In this document: piece by piece, positions 18,541-28,315 of the stretch
Layout of the letters: the number at the start of each line of letters is the position of its first letter
Position numbering within the stretch: the stretch's first letter is position 1
From: an uncultured archaeon
GTDB lineage: Archaea; Thermoproteota; Nitrososphaeria; Nitrososphaerales; Gagatemarchaeaceae
Length of the DNA: 64,000 nucleotides
Direction of reading: 5' to 3'
Assembly: GCA_963817525.1 (NCBI GenBank)
Contig: CAWFOU010000007.1
Location: forward strand, 1-64,000
The notes under the pieces: model-generated
What the model saw: the letters and a program-made list of their open reading frames with translations, nothing else
Told to the model about the DNA's origin: nothing
Database searches by the model: none
Made by a program: the position numbers and the translations under genes

Positions 18541-19470
18541 TTGAAAGACCAGACGTCTTCCTCGCTGCCTCTTCACGGTCTCACGATAGTGGTCACAGGG
18601 AGCAGGAGGGCGCCTGAGCAGTCCGCGCTGGTAACGAACCTCGGGGGCATGCCGTACGTCGTCCCCACCGTGGGGATAAGCATCCCCAGGGACGACTCTG
18701 AGATCGAGCCCTTCCTGAAGGAGCTCGTCGGCCCCGAGGGGGCAGACTACGCGGTCTTCATGACCGCCACGGGGGTCAGGGCGATGATGCTCGCGGCCGA
18801 GCGGACCGGGATGAAGGACGCGGTCTTGAGGGCGTTGAACTCCGACCGGACGGCGGTCGTCGCGAGGAGCGGCAAGCCCAGGGGGGAGCTGGCGAGGACC
18901 GGCATCAAGGTGGACGCCTCGCCGCCCAGAGAGGAGGCGACGGCGGCCGGCGTGCTCAAGCTCCTCCGGTCGAGTGGCCTGGCCGGGAAGCGCGTCGCGA
19001 TACTGTGGCACGGCTCGAGGAGCGACGCGCTTGGGCGGGGGATCCTTGCCGCCGGCGGCCGCGGCGTGTTCGAGTGCCTGACCTACCACTACTCGACCGT
19101 CCTCGAGCCCGAGGGGGCGGAGGTGCTCGGCTCGATCGGGTTCCGATACAAGGCGCCCGACGAGCGGGCTGTCGTCCAGCTGATCCGGGAGGTCGTCGAG
19201 CGGACGCGAAGGATCGACGCGATAACATTCACCAGCCCTCCGGCCGTGGCAAACCTGTTCGAGGTCGCGGCTGAGCACGGCCTCGAGGAGCGGCTCGGGG
19301 AGGCGCTCAGGCAGCGCGGCGACATCGTCGTCGTGGCGGTGGGCCCGTCCACAAGGACCGAGCTGGAGGAGCACGGCGCGAGGGTGGACGTGATGCCCGA
19401 GGTCTCCGCGATGGGGGCGATGATGAACGCGCTCGCGGAGCATGTGAAGAGGGGCACGGCGGGCCCGTGA
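18541..19470 (+). CDS. hemD: Uroporphyrinogen-III synthase
   Basis: IVVTGSRR, FMTATGV, ITFTSPPAV and AVGPST..L motifs. Confidence 0.85.
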   Translation: MKDQTSSSLPLHGLTIVVTGSRRAPEQSALVTNLGGMPYVVPTVGISIPRDDSEIEPFLKELVGPEGADYAVFMTATGVRAMMLAAERTGMKDAVLRALNSDRTAVVARSGKPRGELARTGIKVDASPPREEATAAGVLKLLRSSGLAGKRVAILWHGSRSDALGRGILAAGGRGVFECLTYHYSTVLEPEGAEVLGSIGFRYKAPDERAVVQLIREVVERTRRIDAITFTSPPAVANLFEVAAEHGLEERLGEALRQRGDIVVVAVGPSTRTELEEHGARVDVMPEVSAMGAMMNALAEHVKRGTAGP

Positions 19471-20153
19471 CCATGCTGATCGACATAGTGCTCGCGGGCA
19501 AGCAGGCCCTGATAGTCGGCGAAGGCAAGGAGCCCGAGTTCAAGGCGTCGAAGCTCCTCGACGCCAAGGCCGAGGTCACCGTCATCGGGGAGAGCTTCAC
19601 CGAGGGCCTGCGAAAGACCGCTGCGAGGAGCAAGGGACGGGTGACACTAGTCCCCGCGCGGCCGACACGGGAGGTCGTCGTCAGGGCAGTCGAAGAGAAG
19701 AAGCCCAGGGTCGTCTTCATCTCGACGGGCCGGCCAGAGCTCGACGAGGAGCTCTCGGAGGCGGTCCGGGCCGCGAGCGCCGGGCCCCTCGTCTGCGTGG
19801 TCGACGAACCCAGGCTGAACGACTTCAACATGCCTGCCCTCGCGAAGATAGGGGACGTGAGAGTCGGCGTCTCGACCGGCGGGATGAGCCCCGCGATGGC
19901 GGCCATCCTCCGGGACAAGGTCGAGAAGGTCGTCACCAGGAAGGACGTCCTCCTCGTGAGGCTCCAGGGCCACATCCGCAAGGAGTCGAGGAGGCGCCTG
20001 AAGGACGCGGCGACCAGGAAGGAGTTCGCATACAAGGTGATACGCGACAGGAAGATAGGGGCTCTGTTGACGAGGGGCGACTACGCCGGCGCGAGAGCGC
20101 TCGCGGAGAAGATGCTCGAAGAGGCGGCACGCGGTGGGCGAGCGAAGGAGTAA
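19467..20153 (+). CDS. Precorrin-2 dehydrogenase / sirohydrochlorin ferrochelatase (SirC/Met8-like)
   Basis: L.GK.ALIVG.G, VVDEP..DF.MPA, VGVSTGG.SPA. Confidence 0.85.
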   Translation: MTMLIDIVLAGKQALIVGEGKEPEFKASKLLDAKAEVTVIGESFTEGLRKTAARSKGRVTLVPARPTREVVVRAVEEKKPRVVFISTGRPELDEELSEAVRAASAGPLVCVVDEPRLNDFNMPALAKIGDVRVGVSTGGMSPAMAAILRDKVEKVVTRKDVLLVRLQGHIRKESRRRLKDAATRKEFAYKVIRDRKIGALLTRGDYAGARALAEKMLEEAARGGRAKE

Positions 20154-20904
20154 GGGAAAGGTCAGCCTGGTGGGGGCGGGTCCCGGTGACCCAGGCCTCC
20201 TGACCCTGGCCGCCCTGTTCCGCCTCAGGGAGGCGGACGTCGTGATCTACGACAGGCTCGTGGGGGAGGACGTCCTGAGCATGGTCCCGCGCGGAGTGGT
20301 CAAGGTCTACGGGGGCAAGGAGCCCGGCTCCTCAAGCAAGGAGGAGCAGGACAGGCTCAACCGGCTCATGCTCAAGGAGGCGAGGTCGGGGAAGAAGGTG
20401 GTCCGTCTGAAGGGGGGAGACCCGTTCCTGTTCTCCCGCGGGGGGGAGGAGGCGGAGTTCCTCCGCGACAACGGGGTGGAGTTCGAGGTCGTCCCCGGCG
20501 TGAGCTCGGCGCTGGCAGTCCCGGCATACGCGGGCATCCCCCTCACGCACAGGGAGCACTCGTCCTCGGTGGCGATCGTCACGGGCAAGGAGGCGGGTTC
20601 GAAGGAAAGGCTCGACTGGGCCAAGGTCTCGGGAGGGGCGGACGTGGTGGTCGTCCTGATGGGGGCCGCCAGGCTGAAGGAGATCGCCTCGAGGCTGCTC
20701 AGGGCGGGCAAGCCCGCGGACACCCCGGTCGCGGCGATCATGCGGGGGACGACGAAGAGGCAAAGGACGGTGACGATGACCCTGGCGGAGGCCGCGGAGG
20801 GCCGAGGGGCGGCGCAGGGAGGTCGAGGCGCCCAGCGTGATAGTCATAGGGAGCGTGGTCTCGCTCGCGCCCAAGCTGCGTTGGCGGTCCGAGGGTCGGG
20901 CTAG
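20134..20904 (+). CDS. cobA: Uroporphyrinogen-III C-methyltransferase (frameshift near the 3' end, ~20810)
   Basis: GKVSLVGAGPGDPGLLT, VRLKGGDPF, VPGVSS, GIPLTHR; the PSVIVIG tail is in another frame. Confidence 0.92.
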   Translation: MGERRSKGKVSLVGAGPGDPGLLTLAALFRLREADVVIYDRLVGEDVLSMVPRGVVKVYGGKEPGSSSKEEQDRLNRLMLKEARSGKKVVRLKGGDPFLFSRGGEEAEFLRDNGVEFEVVPGVSSALAVPAYAGIPLTHREHSSSVAIVTGKEAGSKERLDWAKVSGGADVVVVLMGAARLKEIASRLLRAGKPADTPVAAIMRGTTKRQRTVTMTLAEAAEGRGAAQGGRGAQRDSHRERGLARAQAALAVRGSG

Positions 20905-21299
20905 GGCTCCCGGAGCTGCCGCAGGATCGCCTGCGAGTCGAAGAGGCTCCAGAACTCGGCGATCGCCCCGGCCTCGAACCTGAATATCATCACGCCCCAG
21001 AGCCGCAGCGACCGGCCGCTCGATGGAAGGCCCATGTATCTCCCTACGTGCGTGGCCTTCGCCGAGAACCTCACCACCACCTTCTCGCCCTCGCATATCG
21101 TGTCCATGACCTTGTATTCGGGTCCGGCGAAGGTGCTCCGCGTCTCCGAAAGGAGTCTCCTCAGGCTCTCGATGCCAGGCGCAGACTGCGGGACTAGCAC
21201 GTCGTGGTGGAACAGGCCCTCGAGTCCAGCGAAATCTCCACCGTTGAGCACGCGCTCGAAGAACGCCCGCACCGACTCCAGGTTCTCCGCGCGGGGCAA
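20901..21299 (-). CDS. SnoaL-like ester cyclase
   Basis: EGEKVVVRF...THVG.YMGLP.SGR...IFRFE.G.IAE.W. Confidence 0.85.
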   Translation of the reverse strand: MPRAENLESVRAFFERVLNGGDFAGLEGLFHHDVLVPQSAPGIESLRRLLSETRSTFAGPEYKVMDTICEGEKVVVRFSAKATHVGRYMGLPSSGRSLRLWGVMIFRFEAGAIAEFWSLFDSQAILRQLREP

Positions 21300-21302
21300 C
21301 GC

Positions 21303-21740
21303 TCATGCGCGGCGGGTTTGGGGTAAAAAGCCGTTCGTCCGCGCCTCGGATGCCCTGGGGAACATCTGGAGGCCGTGCCCCTCGTACAACCAGGTCTCCC
21401 AGGCGCGCCTCACCGAGGGGTCGAGGCCGCGGAGCGTCCCGCGGGGCACGACTACTATCAGCCTCAGCGACAGCTCGGAGTTCAGCCTAGTCTGCACCTC
21501 CACGCTCCTGAAGTTCTTCGAGTCGAGCCTCCGGGTGGACGGGTGGGTCTCGCACTCCACGAAGGCGTACTCCTGCATCCCCGCGCTCGCCCGTATCCCC
21601 AGGATGTCGGGGCGGTAGGAGTCCCAAGTCAGGAAGCGCGAGGGCGCGTAGGGCGGCTCGAGGAATAGAGAGTACCCCTCCTCGGCCAGCTGCCGCGACA
21701 CCCTCTCCTTCATCCGACGGTGGAGGTCTGACTCGGCCAT
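21303..21740 (-). CDS. Hypothetical protein, possible PD-(D/E)XK fold
   Basis: H..MK, RPDI and VECET motifs. Confidence 0.55.
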   Translation of the reverse strand: MAESDLHRRMKERVSRQLAEEGYSLFLEPPYAPSRFLTWDSYRPDILGIRASAGMQEYAFVECETHPSTRRLDSKNFRSVEVQTRLNSELSLRLIVVVPRGTLRGLDPSVRRAWETWLYEGHGLQMFPRASEARTNGFLPQTRRA

Positions 21741-21876
21741 GCGGCTCCCGCCTCTACGACGGCATCCGAGGTTCATTAGCGCGGGGCGCGAACGAAGTTG
21801 ACACGTGGTCAACGACCCATCGGGCGCGGCCGTCCACTCCTTACGCTAAAATAGCGCCGGGGAGCCGGGGCGCTCG

Positions 21877-22794
21877 ATGTCGAAGAGCACAGCCAACAGA
21901 TTCGCGCGTATCCTCTTGGCGACCGACGGGTCTCCGAGCGCCCAGCAGGCCGCGGAGGTCGCGGCGACCATCGCGAAGGCCTTCGACTCTGAGGTGACCG
22001 TCCTGAGCGCCATCCCGTCGATAAGCGCGCGGGTGGCCCCCCTCGAGGGCGAGTACTACTCCAAGCTGATCAACAAGGCGGACGACAACGCCGACAGGGC
22101 GGCCGCCGTTTTCAAGAAGGCGGGGGTGACGGTCTCCCAGAAGGAGGACCCCCAGGGGCGCGCCTCGGTGGTGGAGGCGATAACCGACTACGCGGCCCAG
22201 GACAAGACCAGCCTCGTGGTGTTGGGCACCAGGGGGCTTGGAGGGTTCAAGAGGGCCCTCCTGGGGAGCGTCTCGGGCGGCGTGGCCGAGCACTCCCCCT
22301 GCGCGGCGCTCGTCGTGAGGCCTGGCAAGGCGGCCGGCGCCGGCAAGGCGATAAGGCGAGTGCTCGTCGCGATCGACGGCTCGCCGAACGCCCAGAGGGC
22401 GCTCGAGACGGCGGCCGACCTCGCGAAGGGGTTGAAGGCGGAGCTCCGCATCGCCCACGTGCTCCACATCCCGACCTTGTTCTGGTCGATGGGCGTGCCG
22501 GGCTCGGCGGTCCCCTGCCAAAAGATAGAGGACGACGCGGAGGAGGCGGGAAGGACGCTCCTGGCCAAGGCGGTCAAGTTCGCCAAGGATGCGGGAGTGG
22601 CCGACGCCAAGGACGAGCTGGTCACCGACCTGGTCTCCCCCGCTCAGGGAGTCGTGCAGCTCGCGGAGCGCGACGAGGCCGACGTGGTGGTGCTAGGGAC
22701 GCGGGGCAACGGGGGGTTCAGGAAGCTCGTGCTGGGCAGCGTCGCCAACAGCGTGCTCCACTACGCCGACTGCTCGGTCTTGGTCACGAAGTAG
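21877..22794 (+). CDS. Universal stress protein, tandem USP domains
   Basis: ILLA.DGS and VVLGTRG.GGF...LLGSV occur twice. Confidence 0.92.
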   Translation: MSKSTANRFARILLATDGSPSAQQAAEVAATIAKAFDSEVTVLSAIPSISARVAPLEGEYYSKLINKADDNADRAAAVFKKAGVTVSQKEDPQGRASVVEAITDYAAQDKTSLVVLGTRGLGGFKRALLGSVSGGVAEHSPCAALVVRPGKAAGAGKAIRRVLVAIDGSPNAQRALETAADLAKGLKAELRIAHVLHIPTLFWSMGVPGSAVPCQKIEDDAEEAGRTLLAKAVKFAKDAGVADAKDELVTDLVSPAQGVVQLAERDEADVVVLGTRGNGGFRKLVLGSVANSVLHYADCSVLVTK

Positions 22795-22803
22795 CCGCTG
22801 CTG

Positions 22804-23622
22804 CTAGATGGTCACGGACTTCAGGTCGACGGAGGGCTTCGGGTAGCTCATGCCGAGGCCATCCAGCCTCTCCACGATTATGGTCGAGACGAGGACGTCG
22901 CGAAACCACTTCTTGTTGGCCGGGATGACGTACCAGGGGGAGGAGTCCTTGCTCGTCCTTTCTAGCGCGTCCTCGTAGGCCTTCATGTACTCTGGCCAGT
23001 ACTTCCTCTCCTGGAGGTCGGAGAGGCTGAGCTTCCACTGCTTGGAAGGGTCGTCCAGGCGCTCCTCGAGCCGCCTCTTCTGCTCCTCCTTGTCGATGTG
23101 GAGGAAGAACTTCAAGATCAAGGTGTGGTCCTCGTGGAGCAGGTGCTCGAAGTGCTCTATCTCCTTGTACCTGCGCATCCAGGTCTTCCTAGGGACGAGC
23201 CCGTGGACCCTCTCGATGAGGACGCCCTCGTAGTGGCTCCTGTTGAAGATGACCATCTCCCCGCTCCCCGGGACCTGCTGGTGGACCCTCCAGAGGAAGT
23301 CGTGGTCGGCCTCCTCGAGGGTGGGCGTCCGGAAGTGCGCAACCCGTACTCCCTGCGGGTTGACGCCCTCGAAGACCTTCCTTATGGTCCCGTCCTTCCC
23401 TCCGGTGTCCATCGCCTGGAGGACTATCAGGACCTTGCGCTCGTGCTCGGCGTAGAGGGTCTCCTGCAGCTTCTCCAGCTTAGAGGAGAGCCTCCTCGAC
23501 TCCTCCAGGGCCTGCGCCTCGCCCCCGGGGAAGGCGGAGGCATCGTCGGGGGACAGCTTGCCGAGGCGGACCTTCTCGCCCTCCCTAATCCTGAATTTCT
23601 CCGTCTGCATGCCCTCGCCCAC
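22804..23622 (-). CDS. ppk2: Polyphosphate kinase 2 family
   Basis: QAMDTGGKDGTI, GVNPQG, HDFLWR, FNRSHYE, WYVIPANKKW. Confidence 0.93.
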   Translation of the reverse strand: MGEGMQTEKFRIREGEKVRLGKLSPDDASAFPGGEAQALEESRRLSSKLEKLQETLYAEHERKVLIVLQAMDTGGKDGTIRKVFEGVNPQGVRVAHFRTPTLEEADHDFLWRVHQQVPGSGEMVIFNRSHYEGVLIERVHGLVPRKTWMRRYKEIEHFEHLLHEDHTLILKFFLHIDKEEQKRRLEERLDDPSKQWKLSLSDLQERKYWPEYMKAYEDALERTSKDSSPWYVIPANKKWFRDVLVSTIIVERLDGLGMSYPKPSVDLKSVTI

Positions 23623-23757
23623 GAGGGGTTCGCCCCCATGGTCGGCTTTAGCGCTTTCGCGGCGGATTGTCTTGGCGACTTTGGGAAAGGTTGATTATTC
23701 CCCGGGCCGGCATCTGGGCGACGGACGAGAGTGGAATAGCTGGCCAAGGTTAGAGAC

Positions 23758-24264
23758 GTGATGCAGACCAACGTGGAGCGGGTCAACGCCTCTACCAGCG
23801 TCCTCGAGGCCTCCAAGATCATGAACGACACCGGCTCCTCGGGGGTGGTGGTCTTCAACGGAGACAAGGCCGTCGGGATGCTCACGGACAGGAGGATACT
23901 CCGCAAGTTCATCCCCTACAACAGGAGGCCGGACGAGGTGACGGTGAAGGAGGTGATGTCTCCCCTCTTCAAGATAAGCCCCGACGCCCCTACGAAGGAG
24001 GCGAGGAGGAGGCTCTTGGAGGCGGGCATAACAAGGCTCGGGGTATTCGAGGGGGAGAAGTTCCTGGGATGGGTCACCCTGGCGGACCTCGAGAGCACTT
24101 CACGCTTCGGCGGGAAGCCCCTGCTCAACGCGTTCCTCCACGACGCCCCCGCGGAGCCCATGGAGGTCCTCTGCCCGAACTGCAGGTCGGGGTTCATGGA
24201 GAAGGTCGAGAACAAGGGCGAGGTGGTCAGGTACCAGTGCCCTAACTGCGGGTACTCGCTATAG
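23758..24264 (+). CDS. CBS-domain protein with C-terminal zinc ribbon
   Basis: CBS pair plus CPNC...CPNCG; the true start may be slightly upstream. Confidence 0.8.
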   Translation: MMQTNVERVNASTSVLEASKIMNDTGSSGVVVFNGDKAVGMLTDRRILRKFIPYNRRPDEVTVKEVMSPLFKISPDAPTKEARRRLLEAGITRLGVFEGEKFLGWVTLADLESTSRFGGKPLLNAFLHDAPAEPMEVLCPNCRSGFMEKVENKGEVVRYQCPNCGYSL

Positions 24265-24763
24265 CGCGTGCTCTTCCTTTTTTTGGGGCCTTCTGACCTC
24301 CGGGCGCGAGGTCGAGGCGCATCCCCAGGTCGTGCTTTCTGAATCCCAGCTTCGCGTAGAATGGCTCCACGTCATCCGTGCAGTCGAGAATGACCTTGTA
24401 ACAGCCCAGCTCTTCCGCCATCCGGACGGCCGCCCTCACGAGCGACCCGCCTATGCCCATCCCCTCCGAGCCCCTCCTGACCGCCACGTCTTCTATGTGC
24501 CCGACGAGGCCTCCCCCGTGGATGAACTTCTGCTCCACGAGGAGGGTGGTCGCACCCACCACCTTGCCTTGGGCGGCCGCCGCCACGAAGACATGGTATA
24601 GCGAGGCGCGCTCCATCTTCTCGAGGATCCTGCGGGCCGAGGCGGGAGTGAGGCCTCCGGTGTCGCTCAGGTTTCCCAAGGTCTCGATGAAGCCGTTGCC
24701 CAGGTCGGCCGCCGTGAGCTCCCGGATTTCGTAGCCCTTCGAGGCGGCCCCTTGCGGCTTCAT
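24242..24763 (-). CDS. GNAT acetyltransferase, glucosamine-6-phosphate N-acetyltransferase-like
   Basis: EQKFIH.GG.VGHIEDV.V, GCYKVILDC, FY.KLGF. Confidence 0.85.
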   Translation of the reverse strand: MKPQGAASKGYEIRELTAADLGNGFIETLGNLSDTGGLTPASARRILEKMERASLYHVFVAAAAQGKVVGATTLLVEQKFIHGGGLVGHIEDVAVRRGSEGMGIGGSLVRAAVRMAEELGCYKVILDCTDDVEPFYAKLGFRKHDLGMRLDLAPGGQKAPKKGRARAIASTRS

Positions 24764-24817
24764 CGGGCACGGTCATTTGGACGGCAATTTTAGTCTATTT
24801 TGGCGAGGCGCTCGGCG

Positions 24818-26118
24818 TCATGAGCCGGCGCCGGCCTCCTGCCTCGGGCGACGGGAGGACAGGCCCAGCCTGTGCCTGAGAGGGAACAGGACGACCAAGA
24901 GCGCGGCGGCGATCGGGACGACCACCACCGCGACCTCGACTATCCCCTCGACAACCTGGAGGAAGAGCCCGCCCACGAAGCTCGGGAACCCGCCGAGGGC
25001 GGACCCGGCGGGCGCCGCGGAGACGTTGACCACGGTCCAAGCCTCGGTGACGTTCGCCAGCGAGTCGGTGACGGTCACAGTCACATTGTAGCGCCCGGGC
25101 TGAGTGAACGTGTGTATCAGGGCGTCCCCCTGGTAGGAGGAGCCGTCGCCAAAGTTGTAGTTGACGATGTAGGGCTGCTCTCCCCCCTTCACGACCGCGT
25201 TGAACGTGACGCTCAGGGGGCTGTCCCCTGTCCGCGGGGTGGCGGTAAGCTTGAGGGCGAGGGGCTGGGCAGGCAACTTCTGCTCGATGAGGGCGGAGAT
25301 GGTGGCGTAGGACACGAGCGTCCTCGTCTCGAGTATTTCGCTCTCGACGGAATTGATCTGCTGGTCGACGCCTTGGATCCTCGACTCTACGTTGAGGGTG
25401 GAGTTGATGTTGGTCGACTGGCTCAGTATCGCGAGCAGAGACGCCTGCTCTGCCTGCAGGGACTGCAAGGTGGCGTTGAGGTCGGTGTACTGGACAGTCA
25501 CGTCGTTGCTCGAGGAGCTCAAGGTGACGAGCGTCCCGAGCCCTTCGACCTCCGTCAGCGCGTCTTGGTAGTTGGCGGCGGGGACGCGCATGACAACCAC
25601 GGCCGTCGCGTTGCTCTCAGTCGAGTCAGCGACGTATCCTCCGACAGAGTAGGCCACGGCGGTCGCCTTTGCAAAGGCGGTCGATGTCGAGGAAGCCTGG
25701 AGGGTGATGTTGGTGAAGAACTCGATGTCGCGGCTCGCGTTGGTGCTCGTGGAGGACGGAGAGATGGGCGCGCCGCCTTCGAGAAGAGCCTGACTGCTGC
25801 TGGCTCCCGCCGATCGCGACCGTTGACCCGCTCGCGGAACTGGCGCCGCCGGCCGACGTCATGGTCGTGGTCGCGACCATCGTGGTCGTGCTCTCCACGG
25901 GGTAAGTGGGGCCTCCCGAGCCTGGAGCTCCAGCTCCCGCGAAGTTGTAGGCGGCGCTGAGGCCGGCGAGCGCCGCAGTCGAAACGTTCTGAGACGAGGG
26001 CGCGGGGGCATAGCTCCGGCCCCGCGGACGAATGCGGACTCGCGAGCCCGACGAGTATCCCGCCGGGAACGATGATCATCAGGAGGACTATGGCGACCAA
26101 CGCCTGTCTAGAGCGCAT
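24818..26118 (-). CDS. DUF4349 plus PKD-domain membrane protein (frameshifted 5' part)
   Basis: GGYV...MRVPA...DVTVQYTDL...coiled coil (DUF4349-like); YNFGDG...HTF..PG.Y.VTVTVTD (PKD); N-terminal TM in ORF 25555-26118. Confidence 0.75.
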
Positions 26119-26218
26119 GGGCCCCAGGGAAGCACCGGTTTCGTGATGAGGGTTTGTCCGAACGTTCGGACAAAAGTATTTATGATGAAAATCGGGTTTT
26201 CATCGCGTTGTAGCGAGC

Positions 26219-27059
26219 TTGAACAGGTTCAGGGCCGTCTTTGCCAGCTTGCTGCTCGTCGCCTTGGCGACGTCTCGCCTCGCAGGGATGGGGCTTGGCA
26301 AGCCAAGTTGCCATCCCGTCAATCAACTCGCTCGCCTCGAGCTCGACCCACAGCTATGCCTACACTTCGACGAGCGCCTCCACCCAGGCCGCGACCACGA
26401 CTGCCACTTCCCAGAGCGAGTCGTCTACGGTCGCGGCGTCAACGACCACGGTCGTGTCCACGGCCACGACGACCGCCACGATGACTAGCGCGACCACCAC
26501 ATCGCCCGGCGGGCAGACCACCACGGTCACCACGTCCCAAGGCCGAGGAAGCTCAGCGGCCCTGGCCGGTATTGCATTCGGCTCCGCTGGGAGTTCGGCC
26601 CAAGGCGAGTCGCTCCTCAGGGAGGTGCAAGCGACATCGATCCTCCTCGCCCCCGTCTGCTGGATCGTGCTCGGGGGTATGTGGATGTGGAGGGGCAGGG
26701 TCAGGGCACGTTACAGCCAGATGGGCTTCGGCTCCGACGTCTTCGAGCTCTTCATGAAGATGAAGGGCGGGGCGACGAGGATCAAAGTCCTGAACACGCT
26801 CAGCACTCCAAAGGACAGGCTTCAAATCGCCGAGGAGCTGGGCATAGACTGGAAGGCCATCGACAGGCACGTCCAGATCCTGAACAAGTACGGATTCGTG
26901 AGCGAGCAGGCCGCGTACGGGACGGTGAGGCTCTACCAGGTCACCCCCATGGGGAAGATGCTCCTGGACCTCTTCAACGACCTAGAGAGGACCGACGGAC
27001 AGGCCGCACGGACTCCCGCGCCCGTCGGGTCGCGCGATGAGCGGCAGCCAGGCGCCTGA
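26219..27059 (+). CDS. Membrane-anchored wHTH (ArsR-like) regulator with an extracytoplasmic S/T-rich region (frameshift near 26280)
   Basis: Signal-like N-terminus, T-rich linker, TM, then KGGATRIKVL...QIAEELGIDWKAIDRHV..L..YG...Y.VT..G. Confidence 0.75.
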
Positions 27060-27121
27060 GCGGTCAGCGGTCGACGCTCTGAAAAGAATTTCTAGCGCTA
27101 CCGCCGTCGAAGTCTGACAAA

Positions 27122-28069
27122 TTGGAGTACAGGCGAGTCGGGAGGAGCGGGCTCAAGGTGTCGGGGATGACCCTCGGGACGAACAACTTCGGCAGGGACG
27201 TTGACGAATCGACGTCGATCCGGGTGATCCGGAAGGCGATGGACCTGGGGATCAACAGCGTCGACACCGCGAACGTATACACGGGGAGGAAGTCGGAGGA
27301 GATCATCGGGAAGGCGGTGCACGGCGACCGGGACAGGTTCGTCATCGCTACTAAGCTGGGGCACGACGTTGGGGAGGGGCCGAACGACTCGGGCCTTTCG
27401 CGCAAGCACATACTGTGGCAGGTCTCCGAGAGCCTTCGGCTGCTCCAGACCGACCACATCGACATCTACTACATGCATAGGTTCGACACCGAGACGCCGC
27501 TCGAGGAGACGCTGAAGACCTTCGACCAGCTCGTCCGCGACGGGAAGGTCCTCTATCCCGCGTGCTCCAACTTCACAGTGGAGAACATCCGCGCGATGAA
27601 CGAGGTGAGCGACAGGCTCGGGCTCGAGAGGTTGGCCGCTCTCCAACCCCCCTACAACCTCCTCAACCGGGAGGCCGAGAAGGAGCTCTTCCCGTTCTGC
27701 CAGGCGAACGGCCTGGGGGCGATAACGTACTCGGCCCTCGCAGGAGGGTTCCTCACGGGCAAGTATGCGGAAGGGGCGCCCGCTCCTGCCGGCGCGAGGG
27801 GGGCCCTCTACCCTCGGTTCTGGGGCAGGATGAACAGGCCCGAGAACTACGCCATCGTGATGAAGTTCAAGGCCCTGGCTCAGAGCGCCAAGATGCCTCT
27901 ATCGCAGCTCGCGCTCAACTGGATTGCGAAGAACCCGGCGGTCACCTCCATGATAGTCGGGGCCTCGCGTCCGGAGCAGGTCGAGGAGAACGTGTCACAG
28001 CTCGAGGTGAAGCCCCCGGAGGAGGTCCTGGCGAGCCTCGACGCGTTGGCGCCGGCCCCGCCGGCCTAG
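27122..28069 (+). CDS. Aldo/keto reductase
   Basis: GRSGLKVS..LGT, DTANVY, SL..LQTDHID.YY.H, QPPYNLL. Confidence 0.93.
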   Translation: MEYRRVGRSGLKVSGMTLGTNNFGRDVDESTSIRVIRKAMDLGINSVDTANVYTGRKSEEIIGKAVHGDRDRFVIATKLGHDVGEGPNDSGLSRKHILWQVSESLRLLQTDHIDIYYMHRFDTETPLEETLKTFDQLVRDGKVLYPACSNFTVENIRAMNEVSDRLGLERLAALQPPYNLLNREAEKELFPFCQANGLGAITYSALAGGFLTGKYAEGAPAPAGARGALYPRFWGRMNRPENYAIVMKFKALAQSAKMPLSQLALNWIAKNPAVTSMIVGASRPEQVEENVSQLEVKPPEEVLASLDALAPAPPA

Positions 28070-28179
28070 TCCGAAATCCCGAGTGGCAGAGGGAATCTCT
28101 GCGCTTTGCCGGAGCTTTGCCCTCCGAATTAGACGCTTGCACCAAAATCGATTATTATCCCGGTCCACACCAATACACT

Positions 28180-28280
28180 GCGCTAACCCTTCGTCATCAA
28201 AGGAAGCGTTGCCGGGGAGGCGGGTGGAGAAGCCGCCCGCTCTCCTCTCGGCAGGGCGGAGAACTGGTAGCCAACGCTTA
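28180..28280 (+). ncRNA. Candidate structured small RNA or leader
   Basis: ATTATTAT at ~28151; CCTTCGTCATCAAAGG; AAGCGTTG/CAACGCTT outer stem enclosing a GC hairpin. Confidence 0.3.
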
Positions 28281-28315
28281 TTGGGACGCGCCGGGCCGGA
28301 GCGCGGGAATCGAAA

